From: an uncultured Actinomycetota bacterium
GTDB lineage: Bacteria; Actinomycetota; Actinomycetes; Mycobacteriales; Cryptosporangiaceae
NCBI GenBank assembly: GCA_963746095.1
Contig: CAVVAL010000006.1
Span: 45,158 to 109,157, forward strand
Direction of reading: 5' to 3'
Length of the DNA stretch: 64,000 nucleotides
Within the stretch, counting starts at the first letter, position 1. The number at the start of each line of letters is the position of its first letter. Made by a program: the position numbers and the translations under genes. This document shows, in pieces, positions 31,223 to 41,640 of this stretch. The notes beneath the pieces are model-generated. The model did no database searches. It saw only the letters and a list, made by a program, of their open reading frames with translations, and was not told the origin of the DNA.

Positions 31223-32750
31223 ATGAGCACTGCTGTCCTCATCGCCGTCGGCGGCGCCGTTCTACTCGTCGTCCTGATGGTCGCGCTGATCGTCAGCCGG
31301 CTGCGGGTGGCCAGCCCGAACGAGGCGTTCATCATCACCGGCCGCAAGGGCCGCGCGGTGACCAGCTCGGCCGGCGTCACCTCCACCGACCTGTCGGGCC
31401 AGAAGGTCGTGCTCGGCGCGTCCGTCTTCGTCATCCCGATCGTCCAGAAGCTGCACCGGCTCGACCTGTCCAGCCGGCGCATCCCGGTCGCGATCCGCGG
31501 CGCGGTGAGCGCCCAGGGCATCCGGTGCGACCTCGAAGGCGTGGCGATCGTCAAGGTCGGCGGCACCGAGGCGGCGATCCGGGCCGGCGCGCAGCGGTTC
31601 CTGGACCAGCAGCAGGGCATCGACCTCTTCACCTCCGAGGTGCTCGCCGGCTCGCTGCGCTCGATCGTCGGCCGGCTCACCATCGAGGAGATCATCAAGG
31701 ACCGGGCCGCGTTCGCCTCGGCCGTCGCGGAGGAGGCCGAGTCCTCGCTCACGAACCAGGGTCTCGTGCTGGACACCTTCCAGCTGCAGGACATCCAGGC
31801 CGAGGGCACGTACCTGCAGGACCTCGGCCGGCCCGAGGCCTCCCGGGTGCTGATGGACGCGGCGATCGCCGAGGCGCGCGCCCGCCAGGCCGCCGAGCAG
31901 GAGCGGATCCTCGCCGAGGAGGCCATCGCGGTCGCCAACCGGCAGCTCTCGCTGAAGCAGGCCGAGATCCAGGCCGAGATCGAGGCCGCCCGGGCCAAGT
32001 CCGCCGCCGCCGGTCCGCTGGCGCAGGCCGAGCGTGACCAGGTCGTCCTCGCCGAGCAGGAGAAGGTGGCCGCGCGGAACGCGTCGCTGACCGAGCGCCG
32101 GCTCGACACCGACGTGCGCAAGCCCGCCGACGCGGCCCGGTACCGGATCGAGCAGGAGGCCGAGGCGGCCAAGAACGCGGCCGTGTTCAAGGCCGACGCC
32201 GACCGGCAGACCACGATCGCCGCCGCGCAGGCCGAGGCCGAGCAGGCCCGACTCAGCGGTGAGGGCGAGCGGTCCCGGCGTGCGGCGCTGGCCGAGGCCG
32301 AGGCGATCGAGGGTGCCAAGCGCGGTGAGGCCGAGAAGGCCCGCCGGGTGGCCATCGCGGAGGCGGTCGAGACCGAGGGTGCGGCCGACGCGTCCGCGAT
32401 CCTCGCCAAGGGTCAGGCCGAGGCCGAGGCGATGGACAAGAAGGCCGCAGGCGTTCGCCACGTACGGCGAGGCCGCCGTGCTCGACCTGCTGGTGAAGAT
32501 GCTGCCGGAGGTGGTCCGGGCCGCGTCCGAGCCGCTCTCGGCGGTCGACAAGATCACGGTCATCTCGACCGACGGTGCCAGCGCGCTGACCAAGCAGGTC
32601 ACCTCGGGCGTGGCGCAGGGGCTCCAGCTCGGCTCCGACCTGACCGGCGTGGACCTGGCCGGGATGCTGGCCCGGATCGGCGGCGGTCACACCGAGGCCA
32701 AGCCGGCCGCCAAGCCGGTGCTCGAGAAGAACAACGTCGAGCCCGTCTGA
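31223..32750 (+). CDS. SPFH/band-7 (flotillin/YqiK-like) protein; frameshift near 32450
   Basis: N-terminal TM helix, SPFH domain, and a long Ala/Glu/Gln coiled-coil (AEQERILAEEAIAVANRQLSLKQAEIQAEIEAARAK...). The C-terminus resumes in ORF 32259..32750 (...VDKITVISTDGASALTKQV). Confidence 0.8.
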
Positions 32751-32799
32751 TCCTCAGCGCCGCACGCGGACGCCGCTGACGCGGCACCGCGACACCCGC

Positions 32800-32851
32800 C
32801 GCTTTGGGCGACATTTTCTCGGTTATAGCCGTGAAGATGTCGCCCAAAGCG
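32800..32851. repeat. Palindromic intergenic element copy 3
   Basis: cgcTTTGGGCGACATTTTCTCGG-ttatag-CCGTGAAGATGTCGCCCAAAgcg, between the convergent flotillin (+) and pentapeptide-repeat (-) genes. Confidence 0.9.
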
Positions 32852-32935
32852 CGTTGTGGGGGCGGGGCGGGCGGGCGCCACGTTGTGGGGACGGCGGCGG
32901 TCGTGGGGCCGGCGGGGCGGCGGCCGCGTTTGGGG

Positions 32936-34607
32936 TCAGGCGGGGTCGGGGGCCGATTCCGGCTCGGGGGCTGGTTCCGGCTCGGGTTCTGGGGCGGCGG
33001 CCGGCGGGTCGGCGGGCTCGGCGGTGGTCGGGGTGAGGCGGGTGCGGCCGGGCTGGTCCGGGTCGGGGCCGGCGGACCAGCCGGTCGGCCAGATGCGTTC
33101 GAGGTGCCCGTCGTCGCCCTCGATCCGGGCCTGGTCGAAGTAGGCCGGGCCGTGCAGGGTCGCGTCGTCGAACCGGGCCGAGCCGAAGAAGGTCGCCTGC
33201 TCGAACTGGGCGGAACCCTGGAACGCGGCGGCGCGGAACCCGGCATGGCCGTGGAACTCCGTGCCGCGGAAACCGGCGTCGCCCTGGAACGCGGTGGCCC
33301 GGAACCACGCCGCGTCCTGGAACGCCGCGCCGGTGAACGAGGTGTCCTCGCCGAACACCGCCTTCCGGAACAGCGCGATCCGGGCGAACGTCGACTTGTC
33401 GAACGCGGTGATCCGGCGCGCGGTGACCTCCTCGAACCAGGTGTCGCCGTCGAACCGCACCGACCGGAACCAGGCATCGTCGTCGAACGTGGCGTGCTCG
33501 AAGCGGGCCGCCTGGGTGAAAGTGGCGCGCTCGAACCGGGCCTCGCCGCGGAACGTCGCCGCCTCGAAGTGCGCCGTGCCGTCGAAGGCGGCCTGGACGA
33601 ACCGCACCGGGCCGTCGAACGTCGCGCCGGCGAACGAGACGGAGTCGGCGAACGTCGCATCGTCGAAGCCGGCCACCCCGTGGAAGGTCGCGCCGGTGAA
33701 GATGGCCCTGCGCACGGCGGCCCGGCGGAAGTCCAGGTCGACCAGGGTCGCTCTGGCCAGGTCCAGATCCAGGTCCGGCCAGAACTCGGACTCCGGTGCC
33801 TCGTCCCCAAGGCGGCCGGCCGGCCCGGCCTGGTCACCGGGCGGAGCCTGGTCGCCGGGTGCGGCCTGGTCGTCGGGCGCGGCCGGCCGGCGCAGGTGCC
33901 GGATGAGCACCCGCTGCGCGGTCAGCCGCACCTCGCGTTCCTCCCGGCGGCCGGCGAACCGCTCCTCGGCCTCGATCGCGTACCGGCTCTCCGCCTGCTG
34001 GCCCGTGAGCTGCTCCGGGGGCGGCGTGAACGGCATCCGCAGGTACGCGCAGAGCAGGTTGACGATCGTCTGCCGATGCTCGGGGCTGCCCTGCGCCAAC
34101 CGTTCGAGCGCGTAGATGCCGGCGAAGCGGACCGGCGCCTTGGCGCTGCCCAGCTGGTCGGCGGCCTTGGTGTACAGCTCGGTCACCCGGCGCTCGGCGG
34201 CGTCGTAACGGGTGCTGGCGGCGACCTCCTGCTGCAGCGTCCGGTTCGCCTCGTCCACCTGGCGGCGGTGTTCCTGGGTCGCCTCGGCGAGCTGGTTCGC
34301 GGCTTCGGCCAGCTCGTTCGCGGCCTCGGCGACGCGCTGCCGGCGGTACGCCATCACCAGCGCGACGATCGCGCCGAGCCCCGCGGTCACCGCGAAGCTC
34401 ATCTTCAGCACGTTGAACAGGTCGTCGACGGTGAGCTCGCTCTTGCGCTGCACCCCCGGCCAGCCCAGTACGAGGAACGCCGCCGCGGTGACCACCAGCA
34501 GCAACGCCACCGCGCCGCCGATCGTCCAGGCCAGCGCCGTGCGGATCGGCATCAGGCGTAATCGGCGGGCGGTCTCGGTCAACGGCAGGGGTGATCGATC
34601 CGTCATG
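32936..34607 (-). CDS. Membrane-anchored pentapeptide-repeat protein with coiled-coil region
   Basis: Start MTDRSPLPL (ATG 34607); TM helix TIGGAVALLLVVTAAAFLVLGW; coiled coil; then ~40 pentapeptide repeats (ATFHGVAGFDDATFADSVSFAGATFDGPVRFVQAAFDGTAHFEAATFRGEARF...). Ends in a PEPEPAPEPE-type acidic/Pro tail. The 1020-aa listed ORF is a GC-rich upstream read-through. Confidence 0.7.
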
Positions 34608-34690
34608 AGCGCAGGGTAGCCAGGACCACCGGCCCGGTGGCCGAACCGCGCCGGACGGCCGGGCCGGGGCCGGCGCGGTAGGGCGGGACG

Positions 34691-36043
34691 GTGAGCACAG
34701 GCCCTAGGCTTGGGCGCATGTCGCCGTCCGGGCACCACCTCCGTGCCATCCTGCTCAGGCGGGACTTCCGGCGACTCTTCGCCACCCGTCTGAGCAGCCA
34801 GTTCGCCGATGGAATCTTCCAGGCCGGGCTGGCGGGGTCGGTGCTGTTCAACCCCGACCGGCAGACCGAACCGCTCGCGGTGGCCCTCGGGTTCGCCAGC
34901 CTGCTCCTGCCGTACTCGCTGGTAGGGCCGTTCGCCGGCGTCCTGCTGGACCGGTGGAGCCGGCGGAACGTGCTGGTCGTCGCCAACCTGATCCGTCCGG
35001 CGCTGGTCCCGTTCATCGCGGCGATGGTCTGGTTCGGCCGGGAGGACGGCCTCTTCATGCTGTTCGCCCTGCTCGCGATCGGTGTGAACCGGTTCTTCCT
35101 GTCCGGCCTGTCCGCCTCGCTGCGGCACGTCGCCGACCTGGACCACCTGGCCACCGCCAACTCGCTCTCCACCACCAGCGGCTCGATCGTCTTCTCGCTC
35201 GGCGTCGGCACCGCGGTGGGGCTGCGCGCGCTGACCGGCGCGGACGACCACGGCTACGCGATCGTCACGCTCTGCGCGGTGGTCGGCTACCTGGTCTCGT
35301 CGGCGCTGGCGGCCGGCTTCCGACGCGATCAGCTCGGCCCGGACGCCACCGAGCTGGCCAGCCGCTCGACCGTCCGCGACGTGGCGCGCGGGCTCAAGCT
35401 GGGCCTTCGGCACCTGCAGGAGCGCCGCGGCGCCGGCCAGATGCTCCTGGTCACGAGCGCGCACCGGCTGTTCTTCGGCATCCTGATGATCGCGACCCTG
35501 CTGCTGTACCGGAACTACTTCGAGGCCGACGGGTTCTTCCGCACCGGCGCGGCCGGGCTCGGCCAGACCATCGCGGCCAGCGCGATCGGCGCGTTCATCG
35601 CGGCGGCGGTCACCCCGTGGGCGATCCGGACCCTGGGCGCGCGGGTATGGATCACCGTGTTGCTGCTGGTCACCGCCGTGGTCGAGGCGATCCTCGGGGC
35701 GCCGTACTCGACCAAGGCCCTGCTGCCGGCCGTGCTGCTGATCGGGCTCGCGGCGCAGGGCATCAAGATCGTGGCCGACACCACGCTCCAGGCCGAGTGC
35801 GACGACGAGTTCCAGGGCCGCGTGTTCTCCCTCTACGACATGACCTTCAACGTGAGCCTGGTCGGCGGCCTGCTGCTCGGCGCCGTGACGCTGCCGACCA
35901 CCGGCAAGTCGTACGCGGTGCTCGGGTTCGTCGCGGCCGGCTACGCGTGCACGGCGATCTGGTACGCGTGGGCCTCCGGCCGCTGGCGCCGCACGCACCC
36001 CTCACCGATCGAGCCCGCGGCGATCGCGGGAGCCATCCGATAG
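34691..36043 (+). CDS. MFS transporter
   Basis: 12-TM profile; 450 aa; typical MFS loops (LLDRWSRRNVLV). Confidence 0.7.
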   Translation: MSTGPRLGRMSPSGHHLRAILLRRDFRRLFATRLSSQFADGIFQAGLAGSVLFNPDRQTEPLAVALGFASLLLPYSLVGPFAGVLLDRWSRRNVLVVANLIRPALVPFIAAMVWFGREDGLFMLFALLAIGVNRFFLSGLSASLRHVADLDHLATANSLSTTSGSIVFSLGVGTAVGLRALTGADDHGYAIVTLCAVVGYLVSSALAAGFRRDQLGPDATELASRSTVRDVARGLKLGLRHLQERRGAGQMLLVTSAHRLFFGILMIATLLLYRNYFEADGFFRTGAAGLGQTIAASAIGAFIAAAVTPWAIRTLGARVWITVLLLVTAVVEAILGAPYSTKALLPAVLLIGLAAQGIKIVADTTLQAECDDEFQGRVFSLYDMTFNVSLVGGLLLGAVTLPTTGKSYAVLGFVAAGYACTAIWYAWASGRWRRTHPSPIEPAAIAGAIR

Positions 36044-36062
36044 CGAGCGAACGAGGAGCAGC

Positions 36063-36764
36063 GTGAACGACTGGCGCGACAGGACCGGATCAGCACTCCG
36101 TCGAGCTGACGACGTGGCCCACCGCTGGCTCCCCGGCGAGCAGATCCTGCACCGGTTCGTCATGCACGGGAAGGTGATCGACGCCCGGCCGGTCACCGTG
36201 GTGGCCGACGACGACGCCGGGCTCGCGCTCTGGCTGGCCCACGGCACGGTGATCACGTGCGCCTGCCTGCCGGGCGGGGTGGACCTGCGTTCGGTCTCGA
36301 AGGCGGAGATGTTCGGCCAGCCCTGGCACACCCGGCGGCACGGCTGGCAGAACAACGTGCTGATGGTGCTCCAGCCCGAGGTCCCCTACGCGGTCTGGCA
36401 CTTCTTCACGCCGGAGGGCGAGTTCCGGAACTGGTACGGGAACCTGCAGACGCCGTACCACCGCTGGTCCGGTGGGGTGGACGTGGTCGATCACCAGCTC
36501 GATCTGGTCGTGAACCCGGCCCGCGAGGTGGAGTGGAAGGACATCGACGAGCTGGCCGCCGCCGTCGCCGCGGGCTGGTTCACGCCGGCCGAATCGGCGG
36601 AGATCCACGCCGCGGCCGGCCGGCTGGCGGCGTTCGCGCCGGTCGGGGAGCCGCCGTTCGACGACCGCTGGCGTGACTTCGTGCCCGACCCGGCCTGGCC
36701 GATCCCCGTGCTGCCCGCCGACTGGGCCACGCCCGCCACCCCCGAACCCGCCACCCGCCACTGA
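36063..36764 (+). CDS. DUF402-family protein
   Basis: 233 aa; HFFTPEGEFRNWYGNLQTPYHRWSGGVDVVDHQLDLVV; family assignment is tentative. Confidence 0.45.
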   Translation: MNDWRDRTGSALRRADDVAHRWLPGEQILHRFVMHGKVIDARPVTVVADDDAGLALWLAHGTVITCACLPGGVDLRSVSKAEMFGQPWHTRRHGWQNNVLMVLQPEVPYAVWHFFTPEGEFRNWYGNLQTPYHRWSGGVDVVDHQLDLVVNPAREVEWKDIDELAAAVAAGWFTPAESAEIHAAAGRLAAFAPVGEPPFDDRWRDFVPDPAWPIPVLPADWATPATPEPATRH

Positions 36765-36798
36765 CCCCAAGCCGCCACCCACCCCAACCACCCCCCTG

Positions 36799-36850
36799 CC
36801 GTTTGGGCGACATCTTCACGGTCATAGCCGAGAAGATGTCGCCCAAATCG
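36799..36850. repeat. Palindromic intergenic element copy 4
   Basis: ccgTTTGGGCGACATCTTCACGG-tcatag-CCGAGAAGATGTCGCCCAAAtcg, between the convergent DUF402 gene (+) and cca (-). Confidence 0.9.
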
Positions 36851-36983
36851 GGGGTCGGCGGTCGCCGCCGGGGCGGCGACGGCGGGGCCACGGGCGGCGG
36901 TGCTCAGGCCGGGCGGTGCTCAGGCCGGGCGGTGCTCAGGCCGGGCGCCGCCCAAGCCGGGCGGTGCCCAAGCCGGGCGGTGC

Positions 36984-38466
36984 TCAGGCGGAGGGCGGGG
37001 CCTCGGACGGCGGTGCCTCAGCCAGCGCCGGCTGGATGCCCTCGGCGGCGGCCCAGCGGAGCAGCTCGGCCTCGGCCTCGTCCCGGTCCAGCGGCCCGCG
37101 GTCGAGCCGCAGCTCCTTCAGGTGCTTCCAGGCCCGGCCGACGATCGGACCCGGCGGCACGCCGAGCAGCTCCATGATCGCGTTGCCGTCCAGGTCCGGC
37201 CGCACCGCGCGGAGGTCCTCGTCGGCCTGAATGCGGGCGATCCGCTCCTCCAGCGCGTCGTAGGTCGCGGCGAGCGCGGCGGCCCGGCGACGGTTGCGCG
37301 TGGTGCAGTCGGAGCGCACGAGCTTGTGCAGGCGCGGCAGCAGCTCCTCGGCGTCGGTCACGTAGCGGCGCACGGCCGAGTCGGTCCACTCGCCGCGGCC
37401 GTAGCCGTGGAACCGCAGGTGCAGGAAGACGAGGTTGGCGACGTCCTCGATCACGTCCTTCGGAAAGCGCAGCGTGCGCATCCGCTTGCGGGTCATCTTC
37501 GCCCCGACCACCTCGTGGTGGTGGAAGCTGACGCCGCCGCCCTCCTCCAGCCGCCGGGTCGCCGGCTTGCCGATGTCGTGCATCAGCGCGGCCATCCGGA
37601 GCACGAAGTCGGGGCCGTCCTCCTCCAGGCCGATGGCCTGCTCGAGCACGGTCAGCGTGTGCTCGTAGACGTCCTTGTGCTGGTGGTGCTCGTCGATCTC
37701 CAGCTGCATGCCGGGCAGCTCGGGGAGGATGTACCCGGCCAGCCCGGTGTCGACAAGTAGACGTAGACCGGCGACCGGGTCGGCGCCCTTGATCAGCTTG
37801 GTCAGCTCGTCGCGCACCCGTTCCGGCGTGATCCGCTCGATCTCGCCGGCCATCGCGGTCATCGCGGCCACCACCTCGGGCGCCACCTCGAACCGCAGCT
37901 GGGAGGCGAACCGCGCCGCCCGCAGCATCCGCAACGGATCGTCGCCGAACGAGTCCTCGGGCTTGCCGGGCGTGCGGATCACCCGGTCGGCGAGGTCCTG
38001 GACGCCGCCGTAGGGGTCGGTGAAGTCGTGGCCGGGCAGCGAGACGGCCATCGCGTTGACCGAGAAGTCGCGGCGCACCAGGTCGTCGGCGAGCGAGTCG
38101 CCGTACTGCACGATCGGGTTCCGGCTGACCCGGTCGTAGGCCTCGGCGCGGTACGTGGTGATCTCCAGCCGCAGCCCGCCCCGGCTCAGGCCGACCGTGC
38201 CGAAGTCGATGCCGATCGTCCAGATCGCCTCGGCCCAGCCCTTGACCAGCTCCAACACGGCTTCCGGCCGGGCGTCGGTGCAGAAGTCGAGGTCGTCGCC
38301 GAGCCGGCCGAGTAGCGCGTCCCGCACCGACCCGCCGACCAGATGGAGTTCGTAGCCCGGCCGCGGCGAACCGGCGCCCCAGCTCGTCGGCGACCGGAGA
38401 GACGCGAAGCAGCTCCGCAACGGCGTTGCGCTGCGCGGAGCTGAGAGAGGAAGGACCATCGACCAC
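36984..38466 (-). CDS. cca: CCA tRNA nucleotidyltransferase / poly(A) polymerase family with HD domain; frameshift near 38340
   Basis: HLVGGSVRDALLGR...GTVGL...RRDFSVNAMAV (Pol-beta nucleotidyltransferase head), then an HD domain (MHDIGKP...HHHEVVGAKM). The first 37 aa (MVDGPSSLSSAQRNAVAELL...) are in the neighbouring frame. Confidence 0.85.
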
Positions 38467-38588
38467 GGATGGAGACCCTATCTGGCCGCTGCCCGTCCCG
38501 TCGTCGCCGTTACCCCCGGGCGTAACCAGGCCTCGCGAAGCCGTGGCGCGGCGGGCGGTCGTAGGCAGTAGGGCGCTATGTTTCTCGA

Positions 38589-39071
38589 ATGGCCCGCCGT
38601 AGCTCCCCGCGCCGGCCCGGGCGGTTCGGCCGCCGGTTGCAGCGGGTGGAAGAAACGTCCGCTGGAGGCCTCGTCGTCGCTGGCGAGGGCCCCGGCGCCC
38701 GTGCCGTGCTCATCGGCAAGCTCGACCGCAAGGGCCGGCTGGTCTGGTCGCTGCCGAAGGGTCACGTCGAGGAGGGCGAAAGCCTCGAGCAGACCGCCGC
38801 GCGGGAGGCCGAGGAAGAGACCGGCATCGTGGGCGAAGTGGTCTGCCCGCTCGGCGTCGTCGACTACTGGTTCGTCGCCGAGGGCCGGCGGATCCACAAG
38901 ACCGTGCACCACTTCCTCCTCAAGGCCACCGGCGGCGAGCTGTCCAACGCCGACGTCGAGGTGACCGAGGTGGCCTGGGTGCCGCTCTACGACATCCCGG
39001 ACCGGCTGGCGTACCCGGACGAGCGCAAACTGGTCGCCCGCGTCCCCGAGATGCTGGACCGTTCGGCGTGA
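38589..39071 (+). CDS. NUDIX hydrolase (MutT4 position)
   Basis: NUDIX box GHVEEGESLEQTAAREAEEETGI, 160 aa. Confidence 0.75.
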   Translation: MARRSSPRRPGRFGRRLQRVEETSAGGLVVAGEGPGARAVLIGKLDRKGRLVWSLPKGHVEEGESLEQTAAREAEEETGIVGEVVCPLGVVDYWFVAEGRRIHKTVHHFLLKATGGELSNADVEVTEVAWVPLYDIPDRLAYPDERKLVARVPEMLDRSA

Positions 39072-39110
39072 CCCGCACGCACCGGAGCACCGCACCTGAT
39101 CGGGCAGCAC

Positions 39111-40872
39111 GTGACGCACCGCCCGCCCGCCGACCAGCCGACAGAGGTAATCCCCGTGCTGAGCAACACCAGCGACGACGCGACCGTCGTGATCCCCGCC
39201 GCTGGGAACCCGGCCGAGCCGCCGAGGCCCGACGATCCGGCCAGCGCGGACGCCGACGACGGCGGCAAGAGCGTCGCCCGCAACAGCGGCATCATGGCGA
39301 TCGGCAGCCTGGTCTCGCGGGCGACCGGCTTCGTCCGCACCGTGGTGATCGTCGCGGCCATCGGCGGTCACCTGGTCGGCGACGCCTACCAGGTGGCGAA
39401 CACGCTGCCGAACATGCTCTACGAGCTGCTCCTCGGCGGCATCCTGACCAGCGTCGTCGTGCCGCTGATCGTCAAGGCGACCAAGACCGACCAGGACCGC
39501 GGCGAGGCGTTCACGCACCGGCTGCTCACCGCGGCCACCCTGCTGCTCGGCGCTGGCCACGATCTGCGCCGTGCTGCTCGCGCCGCTGCTGGCCTGGATC
39601 TTCAGCGACAGCGCGGACCCGGACAGCGGCGGCCTGATCACCGTGCTGGCCTACCTGCTGCTGCCGGAGATCTTCTTCTACGGCATCGCCGCGCTGCTGG
39701 CCGCCGTGCTGAACACGCGCAACCACTTCGCCGCACCGATGTGGGCACCGATCCTCAACAACGTGACGGTGATCGTCACCGGCCTCGTGTTCATGCTGCT
39801 GCCCAGCGCCGAACCGTTTACCCCTTCCACGATCTCCGGCACCCAGATCGCGGTGCTGGGCATCGGCACCACGCTGGGCATCGTGTTCCAGTCGTGCGCG
39901 CTGCTGCCCGCGCTGCGCAAGGTCGGCTTCCGCTGGAAGTGGCGGTTCGACTTCTTCGGCGTCGGGCTCGGCGAGGCGGTCAAGCTCGGCAGCTGGGCGC
40001 TGGTCTACGTGGCGGTCAGCCAGCTCGGGCTCTTCCCGGTGATCTGGATCGCCAAGCAGGCCGGCTACGAAGGCGGGCCTGGTCCGACCATCCACAACAA
40101 CGCGTTCCTGCTGTTCATGATGGTCAACGGCATCGTCGCGGTGAGCATCCTGACCGCGCTGTTGCCCCGAATGAGCGCCGCGGCGGCGGAGGAGCGCTGG
40201 GGCGACGTCACCGCCAACCTGTCGCTCGGCACCCGGCTCTCCTCGGTCGTGCTGGTGCCGGCGACGGCGGCGTACGTCGCGCTCGGCATCCCGCTGGCCG
40301 TCACCGCGTTCCAGTTCGGCCGCTTCACCCCCACGAGGCGCACGCCACCGGCTTGGCCGTGATCGCGGCGGGCATCGGGCTGGTGCCGTTCGCGATCAGC
40401 CAGATCCAGATCTTCGCGTTCTACGCGATGCGCGACACCAAGACGCCGGCCCTGCTGAACATCCCGGTCGTGCATCACCAAGATCGTCTTCGACTTCGCC
40501 GTGTTCGCCCTGGCCCCGGCGAAGTACGTGGTCGTCGGGCTGCAGTGCGGCAACACGGTGTCGTTCATCGTGGCCGTGATCATCTCCGGACGGCTGCTGC
40601 GCAAGCGGATCGGTTCGCTGGACACCGCCCGGATCAGTCAGACCCTGGTGCGGCTCTCGGTGGCGTCCGTGCTGGCCGGCGGCGTCGCCTGGGCGCTGTC
40701 GTACGGAATCCAGGAGTGGCTCGGCGACGGCAAGATGGGGTCGTTCGTGGCGCTGATGGTCGGCGGGCTCGCGCTCATCGTGGCGTTCATCGCCGGCGCG
40801 GTCTTCCTCCGGATCCGTGAGGTCACCGAGGTCTGGGGCACGGTCAAGCACCGCATCCCGGGCGTTCGGTAA
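39111..40872 (+). CDS. murJ: Lipid II flippase MurJ (MviN); three frameshifts (~39545, ~40335, ~40470)
   Basis: ARNSGIMAIGSLVSRATGFVRTVVIVAAIGG...AYQVANTLPNMLYELLLGGILTSVVVPLIVKA, then continues through frames 39571..40362 and 40501..40872 with 14 TM segments; N-terminal cytoplasmic extension. Confidence 0.85.
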
Positions 40873-40928
40873 CCGAGGGCTCAGGTCCGGTCGGGCCGGC
40901 CACAGCGGCGCGGCCCGACGAGCCGCGA

Positions 40929-41501
40929 TCAGCAGGTGATGCCCTCGCTCTGCGCCTGTCGCAGGATGTCGGTGTACCCGGCGAGCAGCTTCACGACCTG
41001 CGCGGTGGTCGGCTCATAGAGGAACAGCAGCGCGGTGCGCTCCGACTTCACCAGCAGGCCCGGGAACGATCGTTCGGTGGCCGGCAGCTCCTCGGCCTGC
41101 GGGTACGCCTTCCGTACGTCGGCGACCGGCGAGTCGACGGTGAGCTTCTCGGGCGTGTGACCCCCGGGGTCAGCACCCAGACGAAGCCGAGCTTGCCCTG
41201 GGCGTTGAAGACCAGGTCGGCGGCGTCCACGTAGCCGGGCACGTCGTAGACCGGTTCGCCGTCGCAGCCGAGTTCGGCCGACTTCTCGACCAGCTTTTCC
41301 TTGACCAGGTCGGTGCGGTTGTCACCGAAGGTGATCGCGCCCATGCCGTCGAGGTGCACGACGTTCGCGGGCGTACTTGGCCGCCGACCGGGTGGTCTTC
41401 TGGTTCGACCTGCCATCGCTGTCGTTCCCGGAATCCTGCCCATCGCAGCCGGCGGACGACACCAGCAACACGACGGCGAGCAGCGCAGTTGTGAGACGCA
41501 T
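40929..41501 (-). CDS. Putative lipoprotein; two frameshifts
   Basis: Lipobox MRLTTALLAVVLLVSSAGC. The body is scattered over three minus frames (…VHLDGMGAITFGDNRTDLVKEKLVEKSAELGCDGEPVYDVPGYVDAADLVFNAQGKLGFVWVLTPG…). Confidence 0.45.
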
Positions 41502-41640
41502 TCGGGCATCACTCCTGTCCGCGCCTGTTCTACCCGGCCAATCCGGTTTATGGCCACGACTCGCGGAATTCAATTACCAACTGTTGATCGGCTATTTACA
41601 TTGAGTGAAATGCGAGCGCTGGTAGAGCGGCACGCAGACC

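Noticed and set aside
32936-35998. 1020-aa minus-strand ORF read as a single giant protein
   Set aside because: Only the C-terminal 557 aa (from MTDRSPLPL at 34607) are protein-like. The upstream 460 aa are Arg/Pro-rich and exactly antisense to the well-supported MFS transporter gene, so it is a GC-rich read-through artefact.
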